From positions 27,094,001 through 27,158,000 of the forward strand of contig NC_043014.1 of the NCBI RefSeq assembly GCF_006345805.1: a DNA stretch of 64,000 nucleotides, written 5' to 3'. This document shows positions 37,890-49,275 of the stretch, piece after piece. The first letter of the stretch is position 1; each line of letters begins with the position of its first letter. The position numbers were made by a program, and so were the translations under genes. The stretch comes from Octopus sinensis (lineage: Eukaryota). Under the pieces are notes generated by a model, which saw only the letters and a program-made list of their open reading frames with translations, ran no database searches and was not told where the DNA came from.

Positions 37890-40555
37890 CTACTCCATGT
37901 TGTAGTCCACCATCCAACCGGGAGGGCGCCTTGCGCATTGAGATCTTCTGAAGCTAGGCACCTCATTCTCCCCCTTTCCACAATCGTCGTCTGTCGAAGC
38001 GACAATCCTGCAAAGGTCCAAGACGTGTCGCGGCATTCCATCCACGGAGACGTTGTTTCTGGAATTGACCGGCGTCACCATTCCTCTGCTCCATTGAGAC
38101 ATACAGCGCGCCTTCGGTGGCTTTACCCAGACTTCCTCCCCTATTTTCACACAAGCGGGTCCCTTCTCTTCCTCGTGGCCCTCCGGCGCTTTACTCGAGT
38201 GCCTCCATTCATATTTAAATACAGCTCTCTGCGGCACAGATTCTTCAGCTTGTCCAGATCGGGGAGACAATTTGTACCAAAAAACTGCTTCAGGCGGCGA
38301 AATGTGCCCTCTTTTCGCTATGACCTTGACTGTCCGATGGTGCCTTTCTACGACCCCGTTGTCCATTAGCAGTTCTTCCGCGGGACCTCTCTCTAAAAAT
38401 ATCCCATTCAAGATCTGCGCGCAATCTCATCAGCAATGCCCGTTCTCAACTCCCTCCAAATGGCCAGCCAGCCCAGCCCGCAGTCGACCATGGAGAGATA
38501 CATTCCCTGACGGTAGTGCGTCACATCCACAGCTAGCCTTTTCCAGTTGTGCTCCACCGAAAGGTTTCCCTGCTCATGCCCACATGGAGCAAGGTCAATG
38601 GACTGACACCTGTTGCAGCTCCCGACCACTTTCTGGATGCTTCTCCTAGTGAACGTCACCATCAATTTTCTTCGCCAGATTCAGGGTCCTGTCAACACCC
38701 AAGTGATGCATAGCATGCAATCTCTTCAGTTCAGTGTCATCCAACCGACACGCCCCAGCTATCTCTTTCCGGGCCTCCCCTGGTTCCTCCAACCATGCCC
38801 TTTTCACCCTGGTCAGTGCGTCCACCCTGTTTTTCTCCAAAGGCATGAAAATCACGTTCAGCTTCAGTCTGAACTCGGCAATCAATTCTCCTAGAACTCC
38901 TAGACTGCGCTTCACCAACATCTCCGTGGCACCTTTCGTCCGAACTCTCCTTTCACCGGTAATCACCGATCCTACCCAGCCAAGCACAGTGGCCGAAGCC
39001 GTCCGGATTTCAATTATTCGCAGCCCCCATTTCAGGGCCAAGTTCACCCCTTTCAGCACCACGTCTAATTCGGCGACATTGATGTGGTTGAAGTCATCTG
39101 CTTTCCGAAGCCTGGCTGCGTCCTCCACCGCAGTGCCTTCGATCACCAACACAATCCCTATCGCTATACTGCTAGCATCACACCAGACGATACCACATTC
39201 CGTCTTGGGCACGTACCAGTTCCCCCTGACTGGGTCTTCCGCTCTCGTCCTCTCTAGGATTTCCTGCATCATCGCCACCGTCCCTTCTCCCACCTTGTCG
39301 CCCCAACTCTCCCCCTCCGCTCATCTCTTGGTGTAACTGCATGCCGTGCGCAGCCATCCAGCAATCAGGTAGTGACCAACCAACTTCCCACACACCAAGA
39401 ACAGCTCTCCCCTGCTGACACTGGAACTCAGCTCTGGGATTTCATTCCCTCTCCGGAACACCAATTCACCCGATCTATCTCTTCACAGCTTCAGCCCCAG
39501 TGCGGCTTCCTCTTCCATCGACTCTGGTGGCTTTGCAATCAGTCTGAACTTCTCCAGATGTCTAACTACCTCGTTGGCTGGCACTACAGTTTCGTCCACC
39601 AAAATGTTGTCAATGTAGGAGCTGGTGGCCTTTCTAATCTTGCCGTCTTTCCCTAGGACAGACTTAAGCACTGCCACCATGATCTTCGGAGCGGAATTCA
39701 GTTCGAAACCCAACCTGGTTAAGCAGTACGTCCGGCCTTTGTACCGCACCAGCTGATATCGCCACAGTTTATCGCTCACATGGAGCTACAAGTATGCCGA
39801 TTTCAAGTTGACAATCGTCGCTACCTTGGTCGACTGTCTCCATGCATTTAACGTCTCGCCACAAACGTCCGTCGCCTCACCTCCCGTGTGACACGATATA
39901 TGCTGGTTTAGCTCCCTGAAGTCCGGCACCAGTCTGACTTTTCCCTTCGTAGGCTGCACCACCGCCATCAGGGGTAGCACTTCGCCCGCTACCTCCTCCT
40001 CCCAAGGGACAAGGACCTTTCCTCGATCCACCTCTCCACCTCGGCTTCAAACTCGACCCTGGCGTGGCTTTTCAGGATATGCTGGTAGCAGCTCACTCTG
40101 TTTTTCAGCATCGGGGGCTCGTCCTACCATCGACACTCAATCGTCCAACGCTGACCATCGAACGCCGCCTGAAAATCTTTGTCCTTGATGGTGTAAGTGG
40201 CACAGTCCCTCGCGGGGCTCTGCTCTCTCTGGCAACCCTGACTCACAGTGCACCTCGCCCCCACGCTTCCAAACATGACCTCATCTCCCACAATACTGAC
40301 GCCACTGAGGCGGTTGATGGCGTCCATCCCCATCACCACATCAACCCCATCTATCACGCGTTCAGCTACAATTACATGCAGCCTTAGCGTCGCGCCGCAC
40401 ACTACTATCTCTACCTTGCTGCTGCCTTTACAACGGATTTCGCTGCCGTCGACCGCCCGTACGCTACTTGCCCCGTTCCATTTCTTCGTCACCCTTGAAG
40501 TCACAAGGGTGGTCTTGCAGCCCGTATCCACGAGGGCCTTGAACGTCTTCCCTCA
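37890..40555 (-). pseudogene. pol: pol (protease, RT, RNase H, integrase), disrupted
   Basis: PR FKALVDTG; RT YCLTRLGFELNSAP and YIDN (from YIDD); RH VWCDASS...HINVAELD; IN H-x3-H...CNRC, LAVDVT, and LLMDNGVVERHH with the D..E spacer deleted. Confidence 0.9.
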
Positions 40556-40589
40556 GCCTCCACATCAATTAATGCAGCGTCTCCAAAAT

Positions 40590-41344
40590 CGCCTCTACTC
40601 GTTTGCGGGAAATGTTCGAGAGGCAGCAACTTCCCTGCAGTCGTTTCCCTGGTCGCAATCACAGGCGATGTGCCCTGTCTGCCTGCATCGATAGCAAACG
40701 GGCCCCGTTTACATACACTCCCTTGCCATGTGTGGCCCCTGACATCTAAAACACCCACCTGAGAACGGCCACTGTCATTGCACGGTAGGCTTCCGCACGT
40801 CTTTCTCCGGCAGTTGGCCGTCTTTACGCACCTCTGTCACCGCCATTGCTATCGCCTTCCACCCAGAGTGTCGCATCAACACACGGGCTTGAGTCACAAG
40901 TTCGCTCAGCGCCATCTTTTTACTCCCGGCCAATTATTGTAGGTGAATCCCTACATCATCGGGGAACCCATTTACGAACGCCAGTCACGCTGCTCTCTCC
41001 AGCCCTTCTCCTGTAAACCCAGCCAGCGTTGCTTACCTTCGAACTTCTGCCGCGTATTCGTCCACCTGTCCTCCCGTTCATCTAATCGTACCCAGCTTGG
41101 CAAAAGCTGTGTAGGCATCCCTCAGACATTGCTCTATCTTTTCCTCGCTCAGACATTCTTCCTCGTCCATCTCAAGATATAGCGTCAACGCGCTCCCTTC
41201 CAAATACAGCGCCATAAGACTTGCCACATAGCTTACACCTTGCAGTCTTGCCACCAGCCTGATTTTACGCATCCAGGCCACTACATCGCCTTCTCTATTA
41301 AAGGGTCTGATGATGTCGCTGGCGATCCTGATTTTCGCTTCCAT
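40590..41344 (-). pseudogene. gag: gag with two CCHC zinc knuckles, disrupted
   Basis: Starts MEAKIRIASDIIRPF; knuckles CFRCQGPHMAREC and CYRCRQTGHIACDC with an in-frame TAA between them. Confidence 0.85.
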
Positions 41345-41367
41345 CGTGGTGACGTCTTATACGGAGT

Positions 41368-41379
41368 GCCGAAATAGCT
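41368..41379 (-). other. Non-canonical primer-binding site candidate AGCTATTTCGGC
   Basis: Directly abuts the 5' LTR; reverse complement GCCGAAATAGCT equals nt 1-12 of metazoan tRNA-Phe(GAA) as I recall it. Confidence 0.6.
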
Positions 41380-41657
41380 TGTGGTGTATGCAAGAGATTT
41401 GAAATAAAGGCACATACCTTCTCTTCGCTCAGATGGAGACCCTTCAACGGTAATGGATCCTTCAACACAGCCCGACCCGAATGCTAGAAATAGCAGCTGC
41501 TTCTCCCGACCTTAACAACGTGCTGGCCTATCTTCCTCGCTCGGCGACCGTGATCGAAAAGGGCCGAATGCCACCCTACCTGTGCGCACGTCACTGCTGC
41601 CCCTTCCGGTCAGCCCCAAGTTCCGGTCAGCTCCCCAGCTGCTGACGTCATCCCACA
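41380..41657 (-). repeat. 5' LTR
   Basis: TGTGG...CCACA termini; homologous to 37581-37858. Confidence 0.95.
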
Positions 41658-41744
41658 AGCACTTCATTAGTAAGAGCAACACTTTGAAAATAGATGGAGA
41701 AAATTTAAAGTGTTGGTTGGAATAATGGTTAGAATTTCTGTCTA

Positions 41745-42150
41745 GGTGCAGGTGTGGCTGTGTGGTAAGAAGCTGCCTTCCCACCCATATGGTTCTGGGT
41801 TCAGTCCCACTGTGTGGCACCTTGGGCAAGTGTCTTCTACTACAGATTTGTGCCAATCAAAGCCTTGTGAGTGGATTTTGTAAATAGAAACTGAAAGAAG
41901 CCCATCATATATATATAGATGTGTGTTTTTGTGTGTGTGTGTATCTGTGTTTGTTCCCCCCCCCCCACTTAACAACCAGTGTTGGTCTGTTTATGTCCCC
42001 ATAACTTAGAGGTTTGGTTGAAAGAGACTGATAGAATAATTACCAGGTTTTAATAAAGATAAGTCCTGGGGTTGATTTATTCAACAAAAAGTTCTTCAAG
42101 GTGGTGCCCCAGCATGGCCACAGTCTAATGACTGAAACAGATAAAAGAAG
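41745..42150 (+). mobile_element. Composite tRNA-derived SINE
   Basis: gcaggtgtggctgtgtggtaagaagct...gggttcagtcccactgtgtggcaccttgggcaagtgtc...gtctaatgactgaaaca. Confidence 0.85.
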
Positions 42151-42405
42151 GTAAAAGTAAAAGAATCAGGTTCTCAAATTTGGGTTTGAATCCCACAAAG
42201 GAACCTTCAACTTTCTTTCCATTCAAGGGAATTTTTTAACCCAATATTTTATTTGCTGTTATTCATAACTATAACAACTTCAATTTCCCTGTTAAAGATA
42301 ATTTACTTCATATCTCTTCAAGCTTCTAAATTCTTACAGTCTCAGCTGTTAGTTTATAATCTGAACTAAATCTTTAATCCTGTCTTATTTCATATTGTTT
42401 ATCAG

Positions 42406-43694
42406 GTTTGACAAAAGTACAGCGAAGGAGACATGCTCCGCCACCCCCTCCACCTAGACGGGAATCACTGCTCTGTGAGAACAAAAGTGAACCGGGGACA
42501 CCACTGACCCCACAAACACCAATTACGCCCTCGTCCACACCACAGACTCCAATCACACCTTATGCTCCTCCACCACCAGCTTCAAGCCCACCTGTTACTC
42601 TGCCAACCACTGCTGAAGTTGCTGAAACTGCTGATGGCAATGTATTGGAAACAAAAAGAGCAGAAGACCGAGAGGGAGGAGTAGGTGAAGGCACACCATC
42701 CAAAGGGACGTCTGGCTTCAGCAGAGAGGAAGATATGACAGCTGCTGTTGCACCAGCAACAGCAATAACAGCAAGAACAACTTCACCCTCATCGTCATCG
42801 TTGTCATCGTCATCATCGTCGTCGTCAACGACAACGATCAATTCACCGGCGGCAGCAGCAATAGTGCAACCCACTTCACCAGTGGCACCTCCACCAGTGC
42901 CACCACTGGTACCTGCGTTGCCGCTGACAACAGCATCAACAACAACAGCAGCAGCAGCAGCAGCAACCAAGACAACACCGCCTCCTCCACCACCTCCACT
43001 ATTACCACCACCTCCTCCTCCACCACCACCTATGCCACTATCAACGACATCAACAACACCTCCACCAACACCACCCCCACCTCCACCACCAACACCACCG
43101 CCCCCTCCACCCCTGCAGTCATCATTGGCAACGGCAGCAGCAGCAGCAACAGCAGCAGCAGAGATGAGGAGGAGAGAACTTGCCGAGGCATATAAAACAA
43201 CGACGTCAGCTACAGCATCACCAGCAACAGCAAGATCGGTGATGGTGTCAGGGTCTTCCACACCTCCGCCACCACCTCCACCACCCCCACTAACACTACC
43301 ACCACCTCCATCAATGACTCCGCCTCCACCACCGCCACCACCACCACTGACAACTTCTGCACTCCACTACCACAATAGTCACGACCACCTTGGGGAAGAG
43401 CAGAGCTGTGATCGGCGACGGAGGCGAGCTTCAGCTGGTGATGATACCACTAACACAAACACCACAACTGCCACACTGTCAAGTAGCGACAGCTATCCTG
43501 GCAGTAGTGGTTCAATCTCCAGTGACTGCCTTGGAGATAGTTGGGTCTTGCAAGCTGTTGAACGGATCAAGAAAGATGCAAAGATCAATGTTCGTGAGAG
43601 CATCCTTGCCCTGCAAAGTGTTGTCCAATATTTCAAGGAGACGGTGCCCGATATTGAGGACCTCTGCTCTCAGGCTTTGGCAGTCATTACAAAG
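42406..43694 (+). CDS. Host gene large exon (1289 nt): Pro/Ala/Ser/Thr low-complexity region followed by a helical segment
   Basis: tgtttatcag|GTTTG...ACAAAG|gtaaga; open for about 430 codons, GC-rich relative to the flanks; phase 1 in, phase 0 out. Confidence 0.9.
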
Positions 43695-44339
43695 GTAAGA
43701 TGTGGTTTCAGCTTCCATGAAAATCATCATCATCATCATTAACAGAGCTTTTATGATATAATAATGCAATCATTGTCAACCATCATCACAGCTGAGATTA
43801 ATAGGATGTTTATATCAAAGATATCCTATATTTATTATCATCATCATCTCACTGTCCAGTTTTTCCATGCTTGAATCACTTGGACAGAATTTACTGAAGC
43901 AGATTCTATACAAACAGATGCCCTTCCTGTCACTAACCCTCATCAGTTTCCCTGTTTCCAAGCAAGGTTAATATTTCTCCATGGCCAGCTATGTTCTCAC
44001 AGAATATTGGAAATAAATGACAATAACTGTATGACAGTGATAATCATTTATAGCTATTACGCAATGCCAAGACAAGGACACACACATACACACACTCATA
44101 CATATATGCATACATACACACACACACATATACATACAGGCATGTGTGTGTGTAAACTTGATGTATTGAGTACTCTTATCTTCCATTGTAAATTCAAACA
44201 TTTCTGCTTACCAGGTTGAGTCAAAAATCTTTTTCATATTTCAAGCTTTAATTAATATTTCAAACAAATTATATACAAAAAGTGCTTATTCTTCATATTC
44301 TATTGTCTGTTGCCATTACTGTGCTAGAAGCTCAGAGAA

Positions 44340-45033
44340 ATGAAGATTTGATTCAGTTTTTCTTAAACGAGAAAAACTTTGACCAAGATCCAAAAGGTAA
44401 CAGAAGAAATGACAGATGATTATGTGCAAGACCCTTCTGAAGTCCCAAGTGTTATGCATAAAACTGTCATGGTTTTAGGGGTTATCAGCAAGGAAGGGCA
44501 TGTGATGCCTCCTTACATCTTTCTACAAAGCCTTAGAGTTAATTCTGCCGCCTACATTGATGTCCTGGAAAATAACTGTTAAGCCTTGGATAGACAGTGT
44601 ATGTAATAGAAGGCCATATGTGTTTCAGTAAAACTCTGCACTATCACACATGGGTCTAGTAAAATAGGAATGGATGGCTGAAAATTTTCATGATCACACA
44701 ACCCCTAACATTTGACCTCCTAATTCCCCAGATCTCAATCAATAGGACTGTTACATGTGGAGCATTGTTGAGAGAGAGGTCAATGAACATGCCCATAACA
44801 CCAAAGATTCTTTGAAAGCTGCCATAGTCAGAGTAATGTCCAAAATGAACCAGGACCACTTGATTCAAGCATGTAGATGATTTAGATCTCATATAGAAGC
44901 AGTTGTTGAAGCTGAAGGTGGCTTTATTGATAACATTATAGAAAAGAAGGTTTATTTTTATCTTCATAGCATTTTTTGATGTATATATATATCAGATTTA
45001 TAAATCTGTCTTCAAATATCTTACGCACCCTGT
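44340..45033 (+). mobile_element. Tc1/maT-like (IS630-Tc1-mariner) transposase 3' half
   Basis: VMVLGVISKEGHVMPP...YIDVL...PYVFQ...PPNSPDLN...VEAEGGFI across frameshifts; terminal caccctg. Confidence 0.8.
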
Positions 45034-45529
45034 GTGTGTGTGTGTGTATATATATATATTTATATGTGCATGTGTGTGTGTGTGTATTTTTGGGTGTCTT
45101 GACAATCAATGCTGGTGTGTTTACATCCCCATAACTTAGTAGTTCAACAAAAGAGGCCGATAGAATAAGTGCCAGGCTTACAAATAATCATTCCTGGGGT
45201 CGATTTGTTTGACTAAAGGCAGAGCTCCAGCAAGGCCATGATCGATTGACTGAAACAAATAAAAGAATAACAGAATATATGTTTTACATACGGACATACC
45301 TCACCCTACATTGTTAATTGGTTCCAGGAGACACGACTTAAGTTGTTTTGTGACTTAAATCAAATTAACTTGCCTCCTAGGCTAGACTAGGCCAAATTTA
45401 CTTGTCTCTAGGCTAAACCAAAAACAACCATTCCCAGTTCTGTACTTTATTTCTGAATGCATTTTCAATAATACATGGTTAATAAAAACCTATTTTAAGC
45501 TTACAAACAAATAATTATTATCTTTTAAT

Positions 45530-47030
45530 ACAGTACAGTAAAAAAAAAAGTAATCTAAATTTATGAATACAATTTGGTGGTGTTTACCATACATTTACCA
45601 GTTTATTTATGAATGTGGTTTGCAATAAGACAAGGTAAAATAAAAGCCTTTTTTAAGCTTAAAAAACAAATTCAGTAATTATTATTATTTTGCAATAGTA
45701 AAAAAAACTAAATTATTTAAAATTTACCAACACATACATACAATTTCATGGTTTACATCATGGATGTAGATGGCTGTGGATCGTCGACATGATCAACTGA
45801 CTCTGGCTGTTCTTGTTGTTCAAGAACAAGTTAAAAACTGGTTGTGAGTTCCTTGAACTGTCTTCTTTTCCTCAAAGATTACATTATAGGGAGCAAAGGC
45901 TTCATGACAAGCCCCCATAACCTTGGAAAAGTGTTGATCATTTGGATTCATATCCTTGAACATATAAAGACCTTTTTCAATATATGGAAATGCTTGCTAC
46001 ATTTTCTTAATGGTAAAGTGATGTGGCTCAGGTTCAACTTCCTCTTCTTCTTTATTTTTCTGCTCCTGATGCTCATTCATCAGGGGCTGCTTGTCTTTTT
46101 CAAATAAATCTCTGAATTCCTCCTCCTTCAAATCCATTTTCAGTTCTTTGCTGGCAACATTATCAAACCCCTTAAAATCATTCAATTGCGGCATAGCTTC
46201 TTCCATACGCCATTCATAACCGTGCTCTGTATATCATTCCATGCCACTGCTATGTTCTGTACAGCCTTGTAGATATATCTCTTCCAAAAGTCATGGAATA
46301 TGATGGACTTGTCAAGATCAGTTACAGCTATTGCTTGCCACAGCATACGCTTTATATAGTAATGCTTGGAGATAGCAATTATTCTCTGATCCATTGGCTG
46401 CAGAAGAGGCATGATGTTCAGTGGGAGGTATACGAGTGTAACGTTGGGATCAAAATCTACAATGTTTTACTGGTGGCCAGGAGCATTGTCTAAGATAAGT
46501 AAAACCTTAAAGGAATCCCCTTCTCCTTACAGTATTTCTTTGCTGCTGTTGCTGTTGGAATAAAATGATTGAAGGACCAATCTTCAAAAACAACGACAGT
46601 AACCCATGCTTTTGAATTAGCCATCCATATAACAAGGAGAGATGCCTTGGTTATGTTCTTCAGGGCATGGGGGTTGTGTGCATGATACACAAACAATGGC
46701 TTTAAATTAAAATCTGCACAATTACCTCCCAACATAATGGTTACACGTTCTTTTGAGACCTTGAAGACTGGAATAGTTTTCTCCTCCTTAGAAATGAATG
46801 AATGGTCTGGCAATTTTTTCCAATACAACCCAGTTTCATCTGCATTGAAAATCTGTTCGAGAAGAAACCTGTTTTCTTCGATGATTTTCTTTAATGCATT
46901 AGGAAATTCTGCTGCTATTTGTTCATCAACTGATACACTTTCACCTTGCTTCTTAATGGAGTGATAACTTCTTCGCTCTTTAAATCTCGTGAATCAACCT
47001 TGACTTGACTTCATTCTACATCTTTCTCAT
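45530..47030 (-). mobile_element. pogo/Tigger-like DNA transposon relic
   Basis: QIFNADETGLYWKKLPDHSFISKEEK...KERVTIMLGGN...DNAPGH...LLQPMDQRII across frameshifts. Confidence 0.9.
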
Positions 47031-47212
47031 CGGACACATTGTCTGCGTCTGATTAGTATTTGCCAGGGAAGGTCATCGCTCTCATCTCTAGCCTTATGGG
47101 ATAAACACAGACCTGAGTTTCTGGGTAGTTATATATATATGTGTGTGTGTGTGTATGTATATATATATATATATATATATATGTTTATATATGTATATGT
47201 GTATATATATAT

Positions 47213-47504
47213 ACGAGAAAGAAGCAACAAGAATGGATTGGTTTTTAGTACAATTGTTTCATACAAAGACAGGCTTTATTACAAGTTGCAAAAATTGCAG
47301 ATATATCTGCCTCTAATGGAACTATCTCCAATATCTCATGAGTATAACCTCACCCACTAAGATGTCTAGAGAACTCAAATGTATTTTAGCTGATGAGTAC
47401 GAGACACTTTTATCTGCTGCAATTTTTGCAACTTGTAATAAAGCCTGTCTTTGTATGAAACAATTGTACTAAAAACCAATCCATTCTTGTTGCTTCTTTC
47501 TCGT
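47213..47504. repeat. Perfect 88-bp inverted repeat (47213-47300 / 47417-47504) with a 116-bp spacer
   Basis: Arms are identical by manual comparison; both strands encode ERSNKNGLVFSTIVSYKDRLYYKLQKLQ in the ORF track. Confidence 0.95.
47385..47474 (+). ncRNA. Type I hammerhead ribozyme candidate
   Basis: Stem I TTTTAG/CTAAAA; CTGATGA at 47390-47396; long stem II (GTAC/GTAT, GAGACA/TGTCTT...); GAAA at 47457-47460; palindromic stem III ACAATTGT; GUA site. Confidence 0.7.
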
Positions 47505-47882
47505 TTATAATCACCCCACATAACTGTATGGATAACACCATATAGTTTTTCTGGTGCATCTAAGTTAAATACCACATTCAAGTAAATTCATTGGAAGTTA
47601 CTTGAATCTTAATTGCTTTGATTGTATATATATATATATATATATATTTATATAGGTTATAAGAGGTAATGGTGTCATTGAGACCCAAAGGTGTCAGGTA
47701 ATGCTGAATAAGTGCTATAGATGAACCACAGTTAAGTTCCAGGTTTGGTGAATAAGAGGTTCAACATTGGTCATATGTTAGCATGTGAATATAATTTTTT
47801 TTTCGTAATGAGATAAAAAGTCAAGGCTGCGTAGATTTTAGAACATTTATAGATAGATGGTCTTACAGCTGTTTCCAGGATA

Positions 47883-48235
47883 TCTCATATATAAACGGCA
47901 TTTGTCTGTGTGTGTGTCTGTGTGTCTGTTAGGTTGTACCCTCACCCTGACCACGGCTTTCATTCAACCGATTCTGATGAAATTTATACCATAATGAATG
48001 TCATAATTCAAAATTAACGCAGCGAAAACTTTGAAAGTTCCCCAATTCAGAAAAAATCGATAATTCGACATGGGTTCGAGAAACAAACACAAACAGACTG
48101 TCTAGGGGACGCAACTCGACCTTTTAACTCTCAAAAAAAAATTTACCTAATTTTTTTTTCATTTTTTGGCTATATCTCTAAAATGTTTTATATATTTCCC
48201 TTACAAACCCGAGCAACGCCGGGTGATACTGCTAG
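47883..48235 (+). mobile_element. Complete 353-bp non-autonomous Helitron
   Basis: Starts TCTCATATATAAAC after an A; hairpin acccg-agcaacgc-cgggt at 48207-48224; ends CTAG followed by T. Confidence 0.85.
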
Positions 48236-49074
48236 TTTATTATATCCCTTCATCGGAGCTGGTGTGAGAGGATGGTTAAGAAATAGTTGATTTAGATATG
48301 ATATAAAATAGAGAGTGAAGTTGAGGAAATAAAAGAAAATAGATGTGAGATATGTAGGGATATTGCATTTGTAGATCCATTTTTTTTTTAGGCAGAATGG
48401 TATACATATAATATTCCAATACCTTATGAGTAAAATCCAGTAGTATTTAAAATTGCTCATTCCAAGTGTAGAGTTTACACAGTGTTATTGAATCCAGGGT
48501 TGTGTTTAAAGTGACCTAAAAATAGGGAGTGTATTAGTAGGCTCAAATCAAAAACCCCGGAAGAGAGGAATGGAGAAAGAGAAAAAGAAGAGAAAAAAGA
48601 GAGAAGAAAGTAAGAAGAAAAATAACAAAATAATATAATAAAAAATAAAAAACAGGAAGAGAGGAATAAAGGAAAATAAAGATATATATAAGGGAAAATG
48701 TACCATTTAGTGGTCAGTGGAGATAATTTGAAAGTAGGAGATAAAGGGTGATAGAGAGAAAAAGGTATTAAAGTGTAAGAAGATAGAAGGAAGTGGGGTG
48801 GTAATAAAAGGTAAAGGAGTGACACATGTAGTGATAGAGTCTAAGTGATGGGGTAGAGATAGGGTTAGTAGCAAAGAATGAAGAATGAAAAATTAAGGTT
48901 TGGCAGGTCAGTGCTTAGTAATATAAGAAAATATATATGTGAAGATGTATACATATGTACATATTAGACATGTATATATATATTTATACAGATGTTTATA
49001 CATATCAATATCTACATCAACTCTTAGTCAATACACTTGCGCACCCACATATATGTGCATCTGCATGTATTATC

Positions 49075-49275
49075 GCCCTGTATACGCAGGTATATATACC
49101 TATTTCTTTACTACCCACAAGGGACTAAACACAGAGAGGACAAACAAGGACAGACACACAGATTAAGTCGATTATATCGACCCCAGTGCGTAACTGGTAC
49201 TTATTTAATCGACCCGGAAAGGATGAAAGGCAAAGTTGACCTCGGCAGAATTTGAACTCAGAATGTAAAAGCAGA
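49075..49275 (-). mobile_element. Meta-domain-like tRNA SINE
   Basis: gtcgattatatcgaccccagtgcgtaactggtacttatttaatcgacccggaaaggatgaaaggcaaagttgacc. Confidence 0.85.

Larger units (their letters stand above)
37581..41657 (-). mobile_element. Full-length, decayed compact LTR retrotransposon (4077 bp; gag-PR-RT-RH-IN, Gypsy-like domain order)
   Basis: Two 278-bp LTRs (37581-37858, 41380-41657; TG...CA, one end mutated to CG); 5-bp TSD AGCAC at 37576-37580 and 41658-41662; all retroviral domains present in order. Confidence 0.95.

Noticed and set aside
37938-40694. Several plus-strand ORFs of 90-200 aa
   Set aside because: Antisense shadows of the LTR element's pol.
42560-43261. 233-aa Gly/Val/Ala-rich minus-strand ORF
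   Set aside because: Antisense shadow of the Pro-rich exon.
43560-43694. Faint resemblance of the helical segment to C3G/RAPGEF1, ARHGAP29/45 or Cas-family helical bundles
   Set aside because: By-eye similarity is weak and ambiguous, so no gene symbol was assigned.
43695-43742. Poly-His end of ORF 42408..43742
   Set aside because: Lies past a strong donor (AAG|gtaaga); it is an intronic (CAT)n repeat.
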